From Octopus vulgaris (taxonomy: Eukaryota), in assembly GCA_951406725.2 (NCBI GenBank), contig OX597815.1, positions 55,800,001-55,864,000 of the forward strand: a stretch of 64,000 nt of DNA, in the 5' to 3' direction. Position numbers and translations under genes: made by a program. A model generated the notes under the pieces. That model did no database searches. It was not told the origin of the DNA and saw only the letters and a list, made by a program, of their open reading frames with translations. This document shows, one piece after another, positions 1 through 12,248 of this stretch (the stretch's first letter is position 1; each line of letters begins with the position of its first letter).

Positions 1-2733
1 GTGATGTTACAGTACTCTACAAAGGTTTGATAACCTGAAATAGGCCTTGCGTATAGTTTGTAAGGAAATATATTGTACTTAGTAATGCGGTGACTAGCAC
101 TGAACCCTAAAACCTCGGTAATGTCAATGGTAATTAGACTTGAATGTGTGTGTGTGCGCGCATGTATGTGGGCATATGTGTATGTGTGTGTATGCATGTG
201 TGTGTGCGTGTGTTTGTTTGTCTGTGTTTAATTTAATCGCTTTGATGTCTCTACATAGTCTGCGATAGAGTTCTCACCCAAACCGCTTTTCTAAAAATAG
301 AAAAACCTTATTGAAAAATCTTAAGTCTCTATTATCCATATTAGAGTTTGATTTAATTTATATAGATTTATAGCTGTTCATCTCCCAGATCTCCTCAACA
401 TACTGCTCGACCGTCACTGATAAAGAACATTTTTAAAAAGAGTTTATTTGCTAGGGAAATAATTGCCAGAAAATAGTGAGCATCGAGTGAAATAGGAATT
501 AATCCTTCATTCTTACCAAAAAACTGATTTGGTTCCCACTGACATGTAGAACATATTTGCACACTAGAATACATATACATGCTAGTGGGTGTGTGCATGT
601 GTGATAAAAAAAATACAATCAATGCCACAGACATTGTATGTGTGTATGAGTGCACATTTGTTGATCTATGTCAACTTGACCTTTCATATCAATGACCTGT
701 CTGGTTTATTTTTATTTGTTACTCTTTTTTAACATTATTCTGAACATAGACAAGTAGGACAAAGTGCGGTTATAATGTGTTGATTACAACACGATATAAA
801 CAACTCATCTTAAATAACCACACCTTTTATGTGTAAAGGGAAGACAAATACTATTTACTAGCCCAGTACTCGGGTTCGAGTGTATCATTGAAGATTTTGC
901 TTTTGTGAGGTTAGGCAAAGTAAATTATAAGTAGGTGCTCTTTCTATCGCTTCGTAGTATGAAGGTCTTTAAAATATTTGAAACAATTTGAATACCGAAA
1001 AATAGGTCTAAATAAACGACAGACTTATTAATCCCTTTCCTACATGCAAAACTATTTCCACTGCATGTTGAATAAGGTAATCTGAATTACCCACAAATTC
1101 TAATGAGGGAGAACTTATGATTTTTTTCTTTTTGTGAATTATCAATTTGTGTAGATTCAAATTTCCATTTATCGCCAATTAATGACTAAATTTCAAAGAA
1201 ATGCTTGTTACTTTTTTATTGTCGCTGTTTTCTAATAGACAGTAAGCATCACGAAAAACATGTAACAGATAAAATCACCTTTGCCGATTTAAAAATTTGT
1301 TTCAGTTATAACTATACATTTGGAAACTACTTATAGTTTCTTTACACAAGTCCTCTGCTTGAGAGTAAAATTTTCGTTAGATTTAAATTGTTAACAAAGC
1401 TTCCATAACATCTAGTTTTTGTGGAATTTTAGATCAGATAATGGTTTTATCAATTAATATTCTTATATCTAGTTTTCTTTAGTGGTCTGTATTGTTGTGT
1501 ACTGTGATGACACCTTGAAAATGCATGATCAACCCGTGGAGAAGCGTTGTATTTGCGTACATGATCTTTGAGTTCATTTGAGTACATTGGTTAACTGCAG
1601 CACATTCTATGTTTAGTAGATTTCTAAGTTCACACTAATGAGAAAGTCTTTCATTCTGATAAATTTTGAAATATATTCTCACTGTTAGCTTAAGATAGGG
1701 TGTTATACATGTGTTCAGTTTTAATTGGGGTTTTTTTTTTACGTAAACATCCATTCTATATCTACGATGCATTTGGTGTATTTTATAACTAGGATGCGTA
1801 CATGTGTTTTGTATGCCTTTGCTGGATGTTGTGTTTGTTTTAGTTATTGTAGCGCAGTAGTTCTTGTAGTGTTCAACAGTTTTGTCTATAAGTGTGTTCA
1901 ACCATCCGCTACTGAATAGTGTATGCTTAATTCTTTAGGTTTCTTTTTTAAGGTGACTTTCAACAAACGAACATTGTAAAAAAATCTTCTCAGAAAGGAT
2001 TTTACTCCATCCATTTTACATCTACAAGGGCACTCACTGCGCATATGCTGACATTCGTTGCTGCCTTTCATGTACACAGAAGTATTATATAAGTCGTTCA
2101 TTATTCTTAGGTTCCTGTATCTAAAAATGGGGTACGTGTAACTCTGGATGTGAAACTAGAACTATATTATATAAAAAATTTGAAGATGGAAGGATTTTCA
2201 GAATGTACATTCAGTTAAACTGCCTGTTCCATTGTTCAATACAAAGAATACATCGACGTGCCGAGTATACATATGATTGGGTTCAGGAATAATTTTTTTT
2301 CAGCAAATGCCCACACCGGCAGGGATAATGAGTATTTAAATTTGTGCAAAATTTTTGAGCTAGGCCTTTAAATTTCCTTCAACAAAAGACGCTTTGCAAA
2401 GGGAAATCCAAAGAATTAACAAATGAGGAATATTCTACACGCTAGTAGTCCAAAGCTGTAGAACAACACAAAAAAACAAAAATAAATTTACTCTTACCGA
2501 TATAACAAATAGAATACCCAGTAAAACACACACGAAACACGAATAAAACAACAGAATATGTTTACATCTAACAATAAACTAACAATACATATGTATTACA
2601 AAAGTACCAAAATAGGCTTCGGAACGTACATCAGATAACCAATGTAATATATAATTTTAATGTAAACAAAATAGTTGTAAACATCGAGACTTAGACTGAT
2701 ACATCGCACACCTAAATATGTAGTAAAATATCT

Positions 2734-3170
2734 AGATCGGACATAAATGAACATAATTGAAATAGAAAGAAATATCAAAAGGCATGATTGCTCAACGCAA
2801 TGATTCTGCCAACCCGTGTCGATACACACACTACCATTTGTACCTCTCCTCCCTACAAACTCTCTCTCTCTCTCACACACACACACAACTTTAAATGTAA
2901 TGCATACAGTCATAAAACAAGTGCCTTCATATTTTAACTGTGCAAAGGAAATAAAATGGTTTCAGTACATGAATTTTGAATCCCTGAATGGGTAGAAAAC
3001 TGGAAGCGAACTGACAAGTTTCTAATCTTGTTTGGACCTCATCAGAGAAAGAATACTCATCTGAGAGATTAAAGTCTACAGCTATTAATACTGTATAAAA
3101 ACTATCTAAACTGATACAAAAATAGTGCATGAACGGAAAAAGTGAATACATACATACATACATACATACA

Positions 3171-3202
<32 letters not shown>

Positions 3203-3731
3203 CATACACACATACATACGTAATACATACATACATACATTCATACATACATACATACACATACACACATACATACATAATACATACATAATACATACAT
3301 AATACATACATACATACATACATACATACATACATACATACATACATACATACATACATACATACATACATACATACAAAATAGATCAATGGGACACTAC
3401 ACAGGTTCCGCATGCTCAAGTGCGCGCACACATACACATAAACACACACACACACATTCTCTTTTTATCAATGATCTTTTGTTTCAGTCCTTGGACTGTG
3501 GTCAGGCTGGGGTATCGCCTCGGAGGTTTTAGTCGAACAAAGATATGAAGGCACTTGTTTTATGACTGTATGCACTGCATTTCAAGATGTGTGTGTGTGA
3601 TAGAGTTTTGTAGGGAGGAGAGGTACAAATGGTAGTGTGTGTATCGACGCGGTTTGCAGATTCATTGCGTTGAGCAATCAAGTCTTTTGATATTTCGTTC
3701 TATCTCAATTATGTTAATTTACTTCCGATCT
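2734..3731. repeat. Inverted repeat, ~200 bp arms (2734-2932 / 3543-3731) around a ~610 bp spacer
   Basis: The arm ...ctaccatttgtacctctcctccctacaaa...cagtcataaaacaagtgccttcatat is the reverse complement of atatgaaggcacttgttttatgactg...tttgtagggaggagaggtacaaatggtag, with scattered mismatches. Confidence 0.85.
3146..3378. repeat. (TACA)n microsatellite, representative of dozens of (TA)n, (CA)n, (TACA)n, (GATA)n, (AAT)n and (AGT)n tracts across the window
   Basis: Direct reading of the sequence. Confidence 0.95.
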
Positions 3732-3978
3732 CGTAAGTTACTGGAAAGTAAACAAACCAGCACCAGTTGTCCTGTGGTGCCGAGGTACAAACAAGCACAA
3801 AGGCATTAACAATAAAGAAGTGATACTGAACCAATGCATGCTTACTGTTATTGGCGTAATATATATAATAAAAAATGGGACAACAAAACATCCAGACAGA
3901 CGATACAAAGAAAACAAGGACATGTCATTCGAAGTTTTCTTTCCTCAGTCAAGCACCAGATTATCCTCGCAATTTCGG

Positions 3979-4040
<62 letters not shown>

Positions 4041-4195
4041 AAAATAATAAGGGTAATAATATATTACATACATTGTCTTGCTCGCTAACGTTCTGGCGTT
4101 TGCTAAATTTCCTTGAGAACATTCCTATCTTAGTGGTAAGATCATAAGGGGTAGACCTCTAGCAAAATGGATGCCCACTTAGTGGTCATCCCTCT

Positions 4196-4258
<63 letters not shown>

Positions 4259-4389
4259 GTCGTTCTCTGTGTCTACTTGTCCTGTTTTCCATTTTTTCTC
4301 TCGTTTGCGTATTTAACTCGTTTATTTTCGTATTCTACACAGAATACACAGCTGGTGACGTCCTGTACCCATATATGCACACACACACA

Positions 4390-4467
<78 letters not shown>

Positions 4468-5108
4468 ATTATACTTCTTAAATGAACGCTACGCATCCGA
4501 TTCCAAGTAAGTTAATTTTAACCTTTTTGATGCGACTCTTCTCTGTGCTGTTTTCTTCCTCCTAATTCCATTTTCTCCCCTCCCTCTTTCACTGTTTTGT
4601 ACCTCTCTCTCACTCTCTCTCCTTTTCTCTTTTCTCTCTCTCGTTGCTCACACGTGACCATCGTCCATCTTTCTTTTTCTCACATGACCATCTTTCTTTT
4701 CTTGTACGGACGTTCAAAGGACTGGATGTTTACTTTCTCTCTCATCTATCTTTTCTCTTTTCAAACAAAATATTTCTCCCACCGTTCACTATCTTCCTCT
4801 CGTTCTGGTCCAACGACCCTCCGTTTTTTTTTTGTTTTCGTTCGGTTTCATTGTATATCTCCACTGCCCTGTTTTTATTCCCAGCTTTGAGCCTCCATAA
4901 ATCCTAGATTTTATTTTAGAATTTATGGGGGCAACTGTCTTTGAAGATTCCTATTGTCATTGAACGGTCGAAATGAGGAAGAGAAAGACAGCCGACAACT
5001 GATAAAGAGTCGTTCTCCGTGTTTACTTGTCCTGTTTGCCATTTTTTCTCTCGTATACAAACATACAAACATACATAAATACATACATACATACATACAT
5101 ACATACAT

Positions 5109-5165
<57 letters not shown>

Positions 5166-5239
5166 AAGTATACTGTACACATCGGATAATATATGTATGT
5201 ACAGTATACTTCGGATAATATACCCTCTATTGACAAATA

Positions 5240-5303
5240 TGGCGTTGTGGTTAAGAGCGCGGGCTACTAACCCCAAGATTCTGAGTTCGATTCTAGGCAG
5301 TGA

Positions 5304-5389
<86 letters not shown>

Positions 5390-5404
5390 TTAATGATGAT
5401 GATG

Positions 5405-5453
<49 letters not shown>

Positions 5454-5618
5454 TAATAATAATAACAACAACTGCTACATCGAAAAATACCTTAGGAATG
5501 AGAACCTAGGTTCAAAATTTCCCCAAGACACCTGATGAAGGCTGGAGGGTACATCAGCCGAAACGTTGTGTTAACAACAAACAAGATGAGGACAAATATC
5601 CGCCAAATGTAAATAATG

Positions 5619-5620
<2 letters not shown>
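5240..5620 (+). mobile_element. tRNA-derived SINE with internal (AAT)n tract and 3' hammerhead ribozyme, copy 1
   Basis: Box A-like tggcgttgtgg, anticodon-like stem-loop ggg-ctactaa-ccc, box B gttcgattc, then (AAT)n, then a body near-identical to 22679-22997. Confidence 0.8.
5527..5572 (+). ncRNA. Minimal type I hammerhead ribozyme
   Basis: Stem I gacac/gtgtt, core CTGATGA (+A), stem II ggctg/cagcc, GAAAC, palindromic stem III aacgtt, cleavage triplet GUU. Confidence 0.8.
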
Positions 5621-5717
<97 letters not shown>

Positions 5718-7140
5718 CATATACTTACATACACACACACACACACACATATATATATGAGAAAAGTTTGAGTTCTTTGGGAGGTTCCAAATGACGATTT
5801 CTAATAAAGATTCTTCATATTGCAAAGGTAGCTTACTGTTGTAAGAATTTTTCGAATATGAAAATGCTACAAGTATAAGTTGTGTTTACGAGCATTTATA
5901 GAACACATATCCTATTGAAACTCAACAAACAATTAAAGATGGAGAAGAAAAGGTGTCAAAAGTTTTAAAAGAATTTAATCCATGCATACGATAATTAATC
6001 GAATGGTAATATTAACATGAAAATACCATGATAAAAAAAAATTAGAAATTAATATAATATAATATAATTAAATTAATTACATATTACTGTTCTCCTCAGT
6101 GCAAAAAAAGAATACATCAGAAAAATATTATATTGTTACAGAAGAGTAAATGGAGTGAATGTCACATAACATATTTGGATATACATAATAATCCTTATGA
6201 AAGATAAAAACATGCTAAAGATATTGTTGTTGAGTCTAGTTGTGTATGAACTATATATATTTCCGTCTAGCAAGTCCACTTACAAGGCTATTGTCGACCA
6301 AAGGGGCAAGGTACTACGCAGTGGTGCTGAACCCGGAACCATGTGGCTGGGAAGCAAACTTCTTGCAACACAACCACATATGTTCCCTTCACAGGCATAG
6401 AGTGAATGGCTGATATTTATCCTCTGATGAGTGATTATGAAGCCACAAAATATGTTGTTTTTTTTTTGGTGGGGTGGAGGGTCTACAAGATGTATTCACA
6501 TCTACTTAATATTCTAAAAAAAAAAAATCCTCGCTGTATTGTACATCAATTTTATACACACAGGTACGCGCGCGTGTATGTGTGTGTGTGTGTGAATGCG
6601 CGCGCGCGTATGTGTGAAACATTTCTAAACACATTCACAAAACGATATATATGATCATTTAACATCTCATACTAACTGTTTCTATAACAGTGTTATTGAA
6701 TATCCATCCTCAATCTACTGGATTTCTATAATTATGGCTTCCTCACATTATCTCCCCTATTTTTAAGAATGACCAAAAATTCGGTCGCTAAAATAATTTC
6801 GTTTCAACTACAGCTACTTCATATGTAAACTCGTCACTCCGTTAACGTCAAAGTTTATTTTCGTAAAGTATTTAAAAATAAGCCTTTCAGAACAATTTGA
6901 ATATTTAATACCTTTCAAAACATTCGTTATAACTATAATCTGAAATAATCTGACTTTTGCTAAAAAGAGATCCCAGCTAACGGCTCACACACGGTTTCTG
7001 TACGAGATTCCTATTATCCCACTCTCCCTCAATCTCTTTATATCTCTTTCATCCTTTCGCTTTATTTCTTCGCCCTCCCTTCTCTTTCACTGTATAACAC
7101 ACTCTCTCCCTCCCTCCCTGCTTGCGCAGTGCATGAATAA

Positions 7141-7199
<59 letters not shown>

Positions 7200-7539
7200 A
7201 GGGAGGGAGAAAGAGAGAAGACGTCTGTGAACACATGTATGTATGTATAGAGATATATATATAGAGAGAGAGATAGATAGATATGTACACACAAGTATAA
7301 GTATTTTACATATACTATGCAGTCACACACACGTGCTGATGAAGGGGAATATTCCTTGTATTGTTTGTCTTGTACTCTGTTTTTTCGTTGTTAAAAAAAG
7401 TCCGTTTCCTTGTTTGATTTCATGTTTTCGTCTCTCGTTGTGTTCTACGTTTATTTGTGGTGTCCTGTACTCATATATACATGTATATATACATATAGAT
7501 GTAGGTATGTACATATATGTTTTATTCATTAAATTGTTA

Positions 7540-7586
<47 letters not shown>

Positions 7587-7632
7587 AATTGTTCTTTTAA
7601 CATACTTTGTAAAATTATTAATTAATTTTACC

Positions 7633-7663
<31 letters not shown>

Positions 7664-8214
7664 GAGTGAGAGAGCAGTTCATGCCATCAAAGTGACACTG
7701 GGGTAAAATATACGAAGCCCAATATACCCATCATGACTACCCGTCTGATAAAGGTACACCAGGCACATGCATCACAACCATATGTGCGCGACATGGTGAT
7801 CTCATATCAAGATAAACAGCACATGACCTTGCAGGTGGGGCCCAGTTAGAATTTTCTTCAGGTTGAGTAACCCATCCCGCTCAAACGGTCCCTGAATAAG
7901 GGTTGTTTAAGGATGTTGAAAGAACCACCCATGTTTCCAGAGGTGAACTATTCAAACCCCAAAGAATCCCTCTCAACACATGGCTATGATGCTCCCCCAC
8001 TACTTCTGCTCGTGATCAGAGATGCACATATCGTCAGCCACTAAGGGACATGCTCAACTGGTTAAGGTCAAACAACTGACAAGCAAATCTGTGGTATTGA
8101 GCAGAATATTTGCTGTAGCCCATCTTTTATACCAAGACAAAACAATGTACATGATAACACTTCCAATCAGTTAAGATCAGAAGCCATGAGAGCCACTGCC
8201 TGGTACTGCATCAG
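7664..8214 (-). mobile_element. Non-coding retroposon inserted in an (AAT)n tract, copy 1, with a long target-site duplication
   Basis: Close homologue at 52539-52998 shares the same terminus abutting (TTA)n; attaattttaccc(att)n flanks both sides (7621-7663 and from 8215). Strand is inferred from the shared end. Confidence 0.75.
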
Positions 8215-8226
8215 ATTAATTTTACC

Positions 8227-8272
<46 letters not shown>

Positions 8273-8322
8273 TACAAATTGTTCTTTTAACAAACTTTGT
8301 AAAATTATTAATTAATTTTACC

Positions 8323-8404
<82 letters not shown>

Positions 8405-8450
8405 AATTGTTCTTTTAACAAACTTTGTAAAATTATTAATTAATTTTACC

Positions 8451-8750
<300 letters not shown>

Positions 8751-9041
8751 AGATAAATTTCCTCTATTTACATAATATTGAGGTCTCTTTCTTTCTTTTG
8801 TTATCTTACCGTTTTATCAATATATATATATATATATATAATTAAATGAGTGAGATTGTTAGCAGTTTCACTAAAAAGGAAAACAATAAACGTCATTAAA
8901 TATGACCGGCGATGTTAAACGCATACACTGCTAGAAATAAAAGCCAGATGACTTTGTTGCTACTGTCAACGCACATATAATTGTATACATACAAGTCAGC
9001 AGCGACCGTAGATGGCCGGAAACTGGCGGCTCTGATATCTA

Positions 9042-9122
<81 letters not shown>

Positions 9123-9126
9123 TAAA

Positions 9127-9178
9127 GGCAGTGCTCCAGTATGGCCGCAGTCACATGACTGAAACAAGTAAAAGAATA
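9127..9178 (+). mobile_element. SINE 3' tail fragment
   Basis: ggcagtgctccagtatggccgcagtcacatgactgaaacaagtaaaagaata, shared with 23182-23230 and 55351-55416. Confidence 0.7.
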
Positions 9179-9320
9179 TATATATATAATATATATTCCA
9201 CTTATTTCTCTAAAAGAGAATGACTCTCCCCAGACACAACAGAATATGCTTCAACACACGAACTCACATAAAGAATCTTGCAAACCAAATCAAAAAACGA
9301 AATATATATATATATGTATG

Positions 9321-9352
<32 letters not shown>

Positions 9353-9460
9353 TGTATGTATGTATGTATGTATGTATGTATGTATGTATGTATGTATGTA
9401 TGTATGTATGATGTATGTATGTATGTATGTATGTATGCAAGTATATGTATATGTATATTG

Positions 9461-9767
9461 CAGTCATTTGACTACAGCCATGTTAGAGTACCACCTTGAA
9501 GGATTTTAGTCGAACGAGTTGCCGTCAATATTTATAATTTTTAAAGCTTGTTGCTCATTCTATCGGCTTCTTATGCCAAAGCAGTAACTTATGGAGACGT
9601 GAACAAACCGATTTTGAAAATAATCCCGCTGCAGCTTCCGTCTGCCAAATTCAGTTACAAGTCTGTGGTTGGCCTAGGGCTATAGCAGGTTACCATACAG
9701 AGGGACTGAACGTGGAACCATGTGGTTGACAAGCAAAATTCTCAACCACACAGTTATTCTTGCACCT
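9461..9767 (-). mobile_element. Diverged tRNA-derived SINE
   Basis: Reverse-complement SINE tail at the left and tRNA-like head (ggctgtgtggttgagaa...ggttccacgttcagtccc-like) at the right; similar pieces at 6280-6380, 32860-32965 and 59515-59665. Confidence 0.6.
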
Positions 9768-9768
9768 A

Positions 9769-9810
<42 letters not shown>

Positions 9811-9993
9811 CCATTTATTGTTTTCAATCGTGGTGTCTCTGTGGTAACTTGAGCTACTAAAAATAGCAGTCAAATCTCTCTTAAAACACACCCTTTCATC
9901 AAAAGAAAGACAGATTACGCAGAATGTTAATTTTATCATCTCGCCAATGTACTACCGGTGTAAGGATGTGTTGAACCCAAAATAATATATATA

Positions 9994-11581
9994 CAGTTGC
10001 GGCCAAAATGTTCAGAACAGCATTGTTTTCGTCAGAAAAGTAAGTATAAGTTTTTATCAAAGTAGTTTTATATTCTATAATTTTCACAGACAATAAATAC
10101 AATATTAATTGTTATTGTCTGAGATTTTGGTGTAATTTGAGAGGATAATACAAATGTTATGGATGATTTAGTGATTTACTGCAAAACCCATGGCGGCCAA
10201 AATGATCAGAACGGTTGAAAAAATAACAAAATAATAAAAAATGACAGAGAATACTGGAATTATTTAATATTTAGTGTGAAGCCCTTTAGCTTCAATCACA
10301 CTCTGACATCTTTGACTGCATGAGGAAATTAAATTTTCAATTTCTTGCTGGGTGATCTTATTCCATTCTTCCTGAAGGGCATTCCATAATTGCTCAGTTG
10401 TTTTAGAATTTCTGGCTTTCGAACGTTCTCCTAGAATATTCCATACATTTTCAATAGGATTGAGATCTGGGCTTTGAGCAGGCCAATCCATAACAATAAC
10501 CTTTTCAGCCTTGAGGAAGTTCATGACCACCTTAGCCTTGTGACATGGGGCATTGTCCTCCATGAATATGGGTGGTCGCTTAGTTGAATTTCTCAGCACA
10601 GGCAAGACATGATCTTTTATAAGTTGTTTATAAACTCCTGCATTTACCTTTCCTGTAATCGCACCAAAGAGCCCACACCATCTCCAGATATCATCCCCCA
10701 AACCATGACACTTCCTCCACCGAATTTAACACTAGTCTTAAGGCATTTTGGCGACAATTTTTCACCTACTATTCTACGAAACTTAGATTCATCACTGAAA
10801 TGCACCGTTTGCCATTTTTCTTGAGACCACAACACATGTTTGGTTGCAAAGGTAAGACGACACCTTTTATTCTTGGAGCTGATCAGTGGCTTCACTGCAG
10901 GTGTTCTTGCTTGTAGGTCATGTTCAACTAAACGACGAGACACAGTTTTTCGAGATAAAGTTTTCTTCAATACAATGCTCATTTTCCGAGAAACAGCAGC
11001 AGCAGTTTTAAATCTGTCCTTTTTAACCAACTTTACCATAGCACGATCTTCTCTCTTGGTCGTTTTTCTTGGCCTACCTGTAAACTTTCTTGCTTCACAC
11101 GAACCACAATCATCGTAGACCTTAAGTGTACAACACTTTTTGACTTGTTAACAATCTTTGCAATAGATCCAATACTTATATTATCCTTCCTTCGAAGCTT
11201 AATAATCTGCTGACGAATTGGTAACGGAGTAAGTGGCATTATATTAACAAAGTACACTGCAAATATTCTTACTAATGTTTAGTAAACGAACCGTCACGTA
11301 AACAAATTCAAAACATTAGAGTTCGCCGGTTAAATATACTAGAACACGGAGTAAAAGCAACCGTTCTGATCATTTTGGCCGCCATGGGTTTTGCAGTAAA
11401 TCCCTAAATCATCCATAACTTTTGTATTATTCTCTCAAATTACACTAAAATCTCAGGCAATAACAAATAATATCGTATTTATTGTCTGTGAAAATTATAG
11501 AATATAAAACAACTTTGATAAAAAATTATATCCACTGTTCTGACGAAAACAATGCCGTTCTAAACATTTTGGCCGCCACTG
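9994..11581 (-). mobile_element. Tc1-family DNA transposon, IR/DR type, full length and defective
   Basis: ~224 bp TIRs (9994-10217 / 11358-11581) starting CAGT; each carries outer and inner direct repeats ggccaaaatg(t/a)tcagaac; TA on both flanks. Confidence 0.95.
10264..11239 (-). pseudogene. Tc1 DD34E transposase, frameshifted
   Basis: Three overlapping ORFs give an HTH N-terminus, VHFSDESKF, KFGGGSVMVWG, FMEDNAPCH and SPDLNPIENVW. Confidence 0.92.
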
Positions 11582-11613
11582 TATATATATATATACATAT
11601 ATATATGTGTGCG

Positions 11614-11752
<139 letters not shown>

Positions 11753-11780
11753 GTATATATATGTATATGTATGTGTGTGT

Positions 11781-11920
11781 GTGGACGATGCAGAAATGCT
11801 GGCATGGGACTGTCAGCGATGGGGAGCACTGGTGGACCTAGTCAGCTCCTCGAACGATGACAATCTGGGACCACTAATCTGAGACGAGCCAGCCCCATCA
11901 AGCAAGAGCATGAAGCAAGA
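11781..11920 (+). mobile_element. 3' end fragment of an RTE-like LINE
   Basis: Translation [17 protein letters not shown] resembles the RTE C-terminal A.DR..W...V motif; ends in a short caag-repeat tail. Confidence 0.45.
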
Positions 11921-11959
11921 GACAGACAGACAGACAGACAGACAGATAGATAGATAGAT

Positions 11960-12203
11960 ATCTTTATTAACCACGCAGGGCCGAACACAGAGGGGTCAAT
12001 ACAATGTGAACTTTTCTTTTCGAAAGAAAGAAAAAAAAACGATCAAAAGAGATCGAAAACATTTAGGATGTGTAAACAGCAAAATAAGGCGGGGTAAAAA
12101 TGTAAAACAGATTAGGTTTATCCGTGGAAAGAAAAGCCTACGGAAAAAACCACGGTAACCTCAGGCAGGGAAAGTAACACATGAGGGCAACGCGTGCTCT
12201 CTC

Positions 12204-12248
<45 letters not shown>

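Noticed and set aside
1500-2300. Coding-like stretch with short minus-strand ORFs
   Set aside because: May be a decayed transposase, but I could not identify any motif to support a call
4935-4985. ttgaaga...cgaaatgagga hammerhead-like remnant
   Set aside because: Core, stem II and cleavage triplet are all defective; too degenerate to call
5240-5310. Possible tRNA gene (also 22679, 56610-56682 and 56968)
   Set aside because: No complete acceptor stem or cloverleaf, and each continues into repeat bodies; these are SINE heads
5532-5538. CTGA/TGATGA read as snoRNA C/D boxes
   Set aside because: The flanking stems and the downstream GAAAC-GUH fit a hammerhead; no box C to box D architecture with a terminal stem is present
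8995-9036. tcag cagcga...gaaac...ctga hammerhead-like remnant
   Set aside because: Stem I is present but the 5' core and NUH site are not
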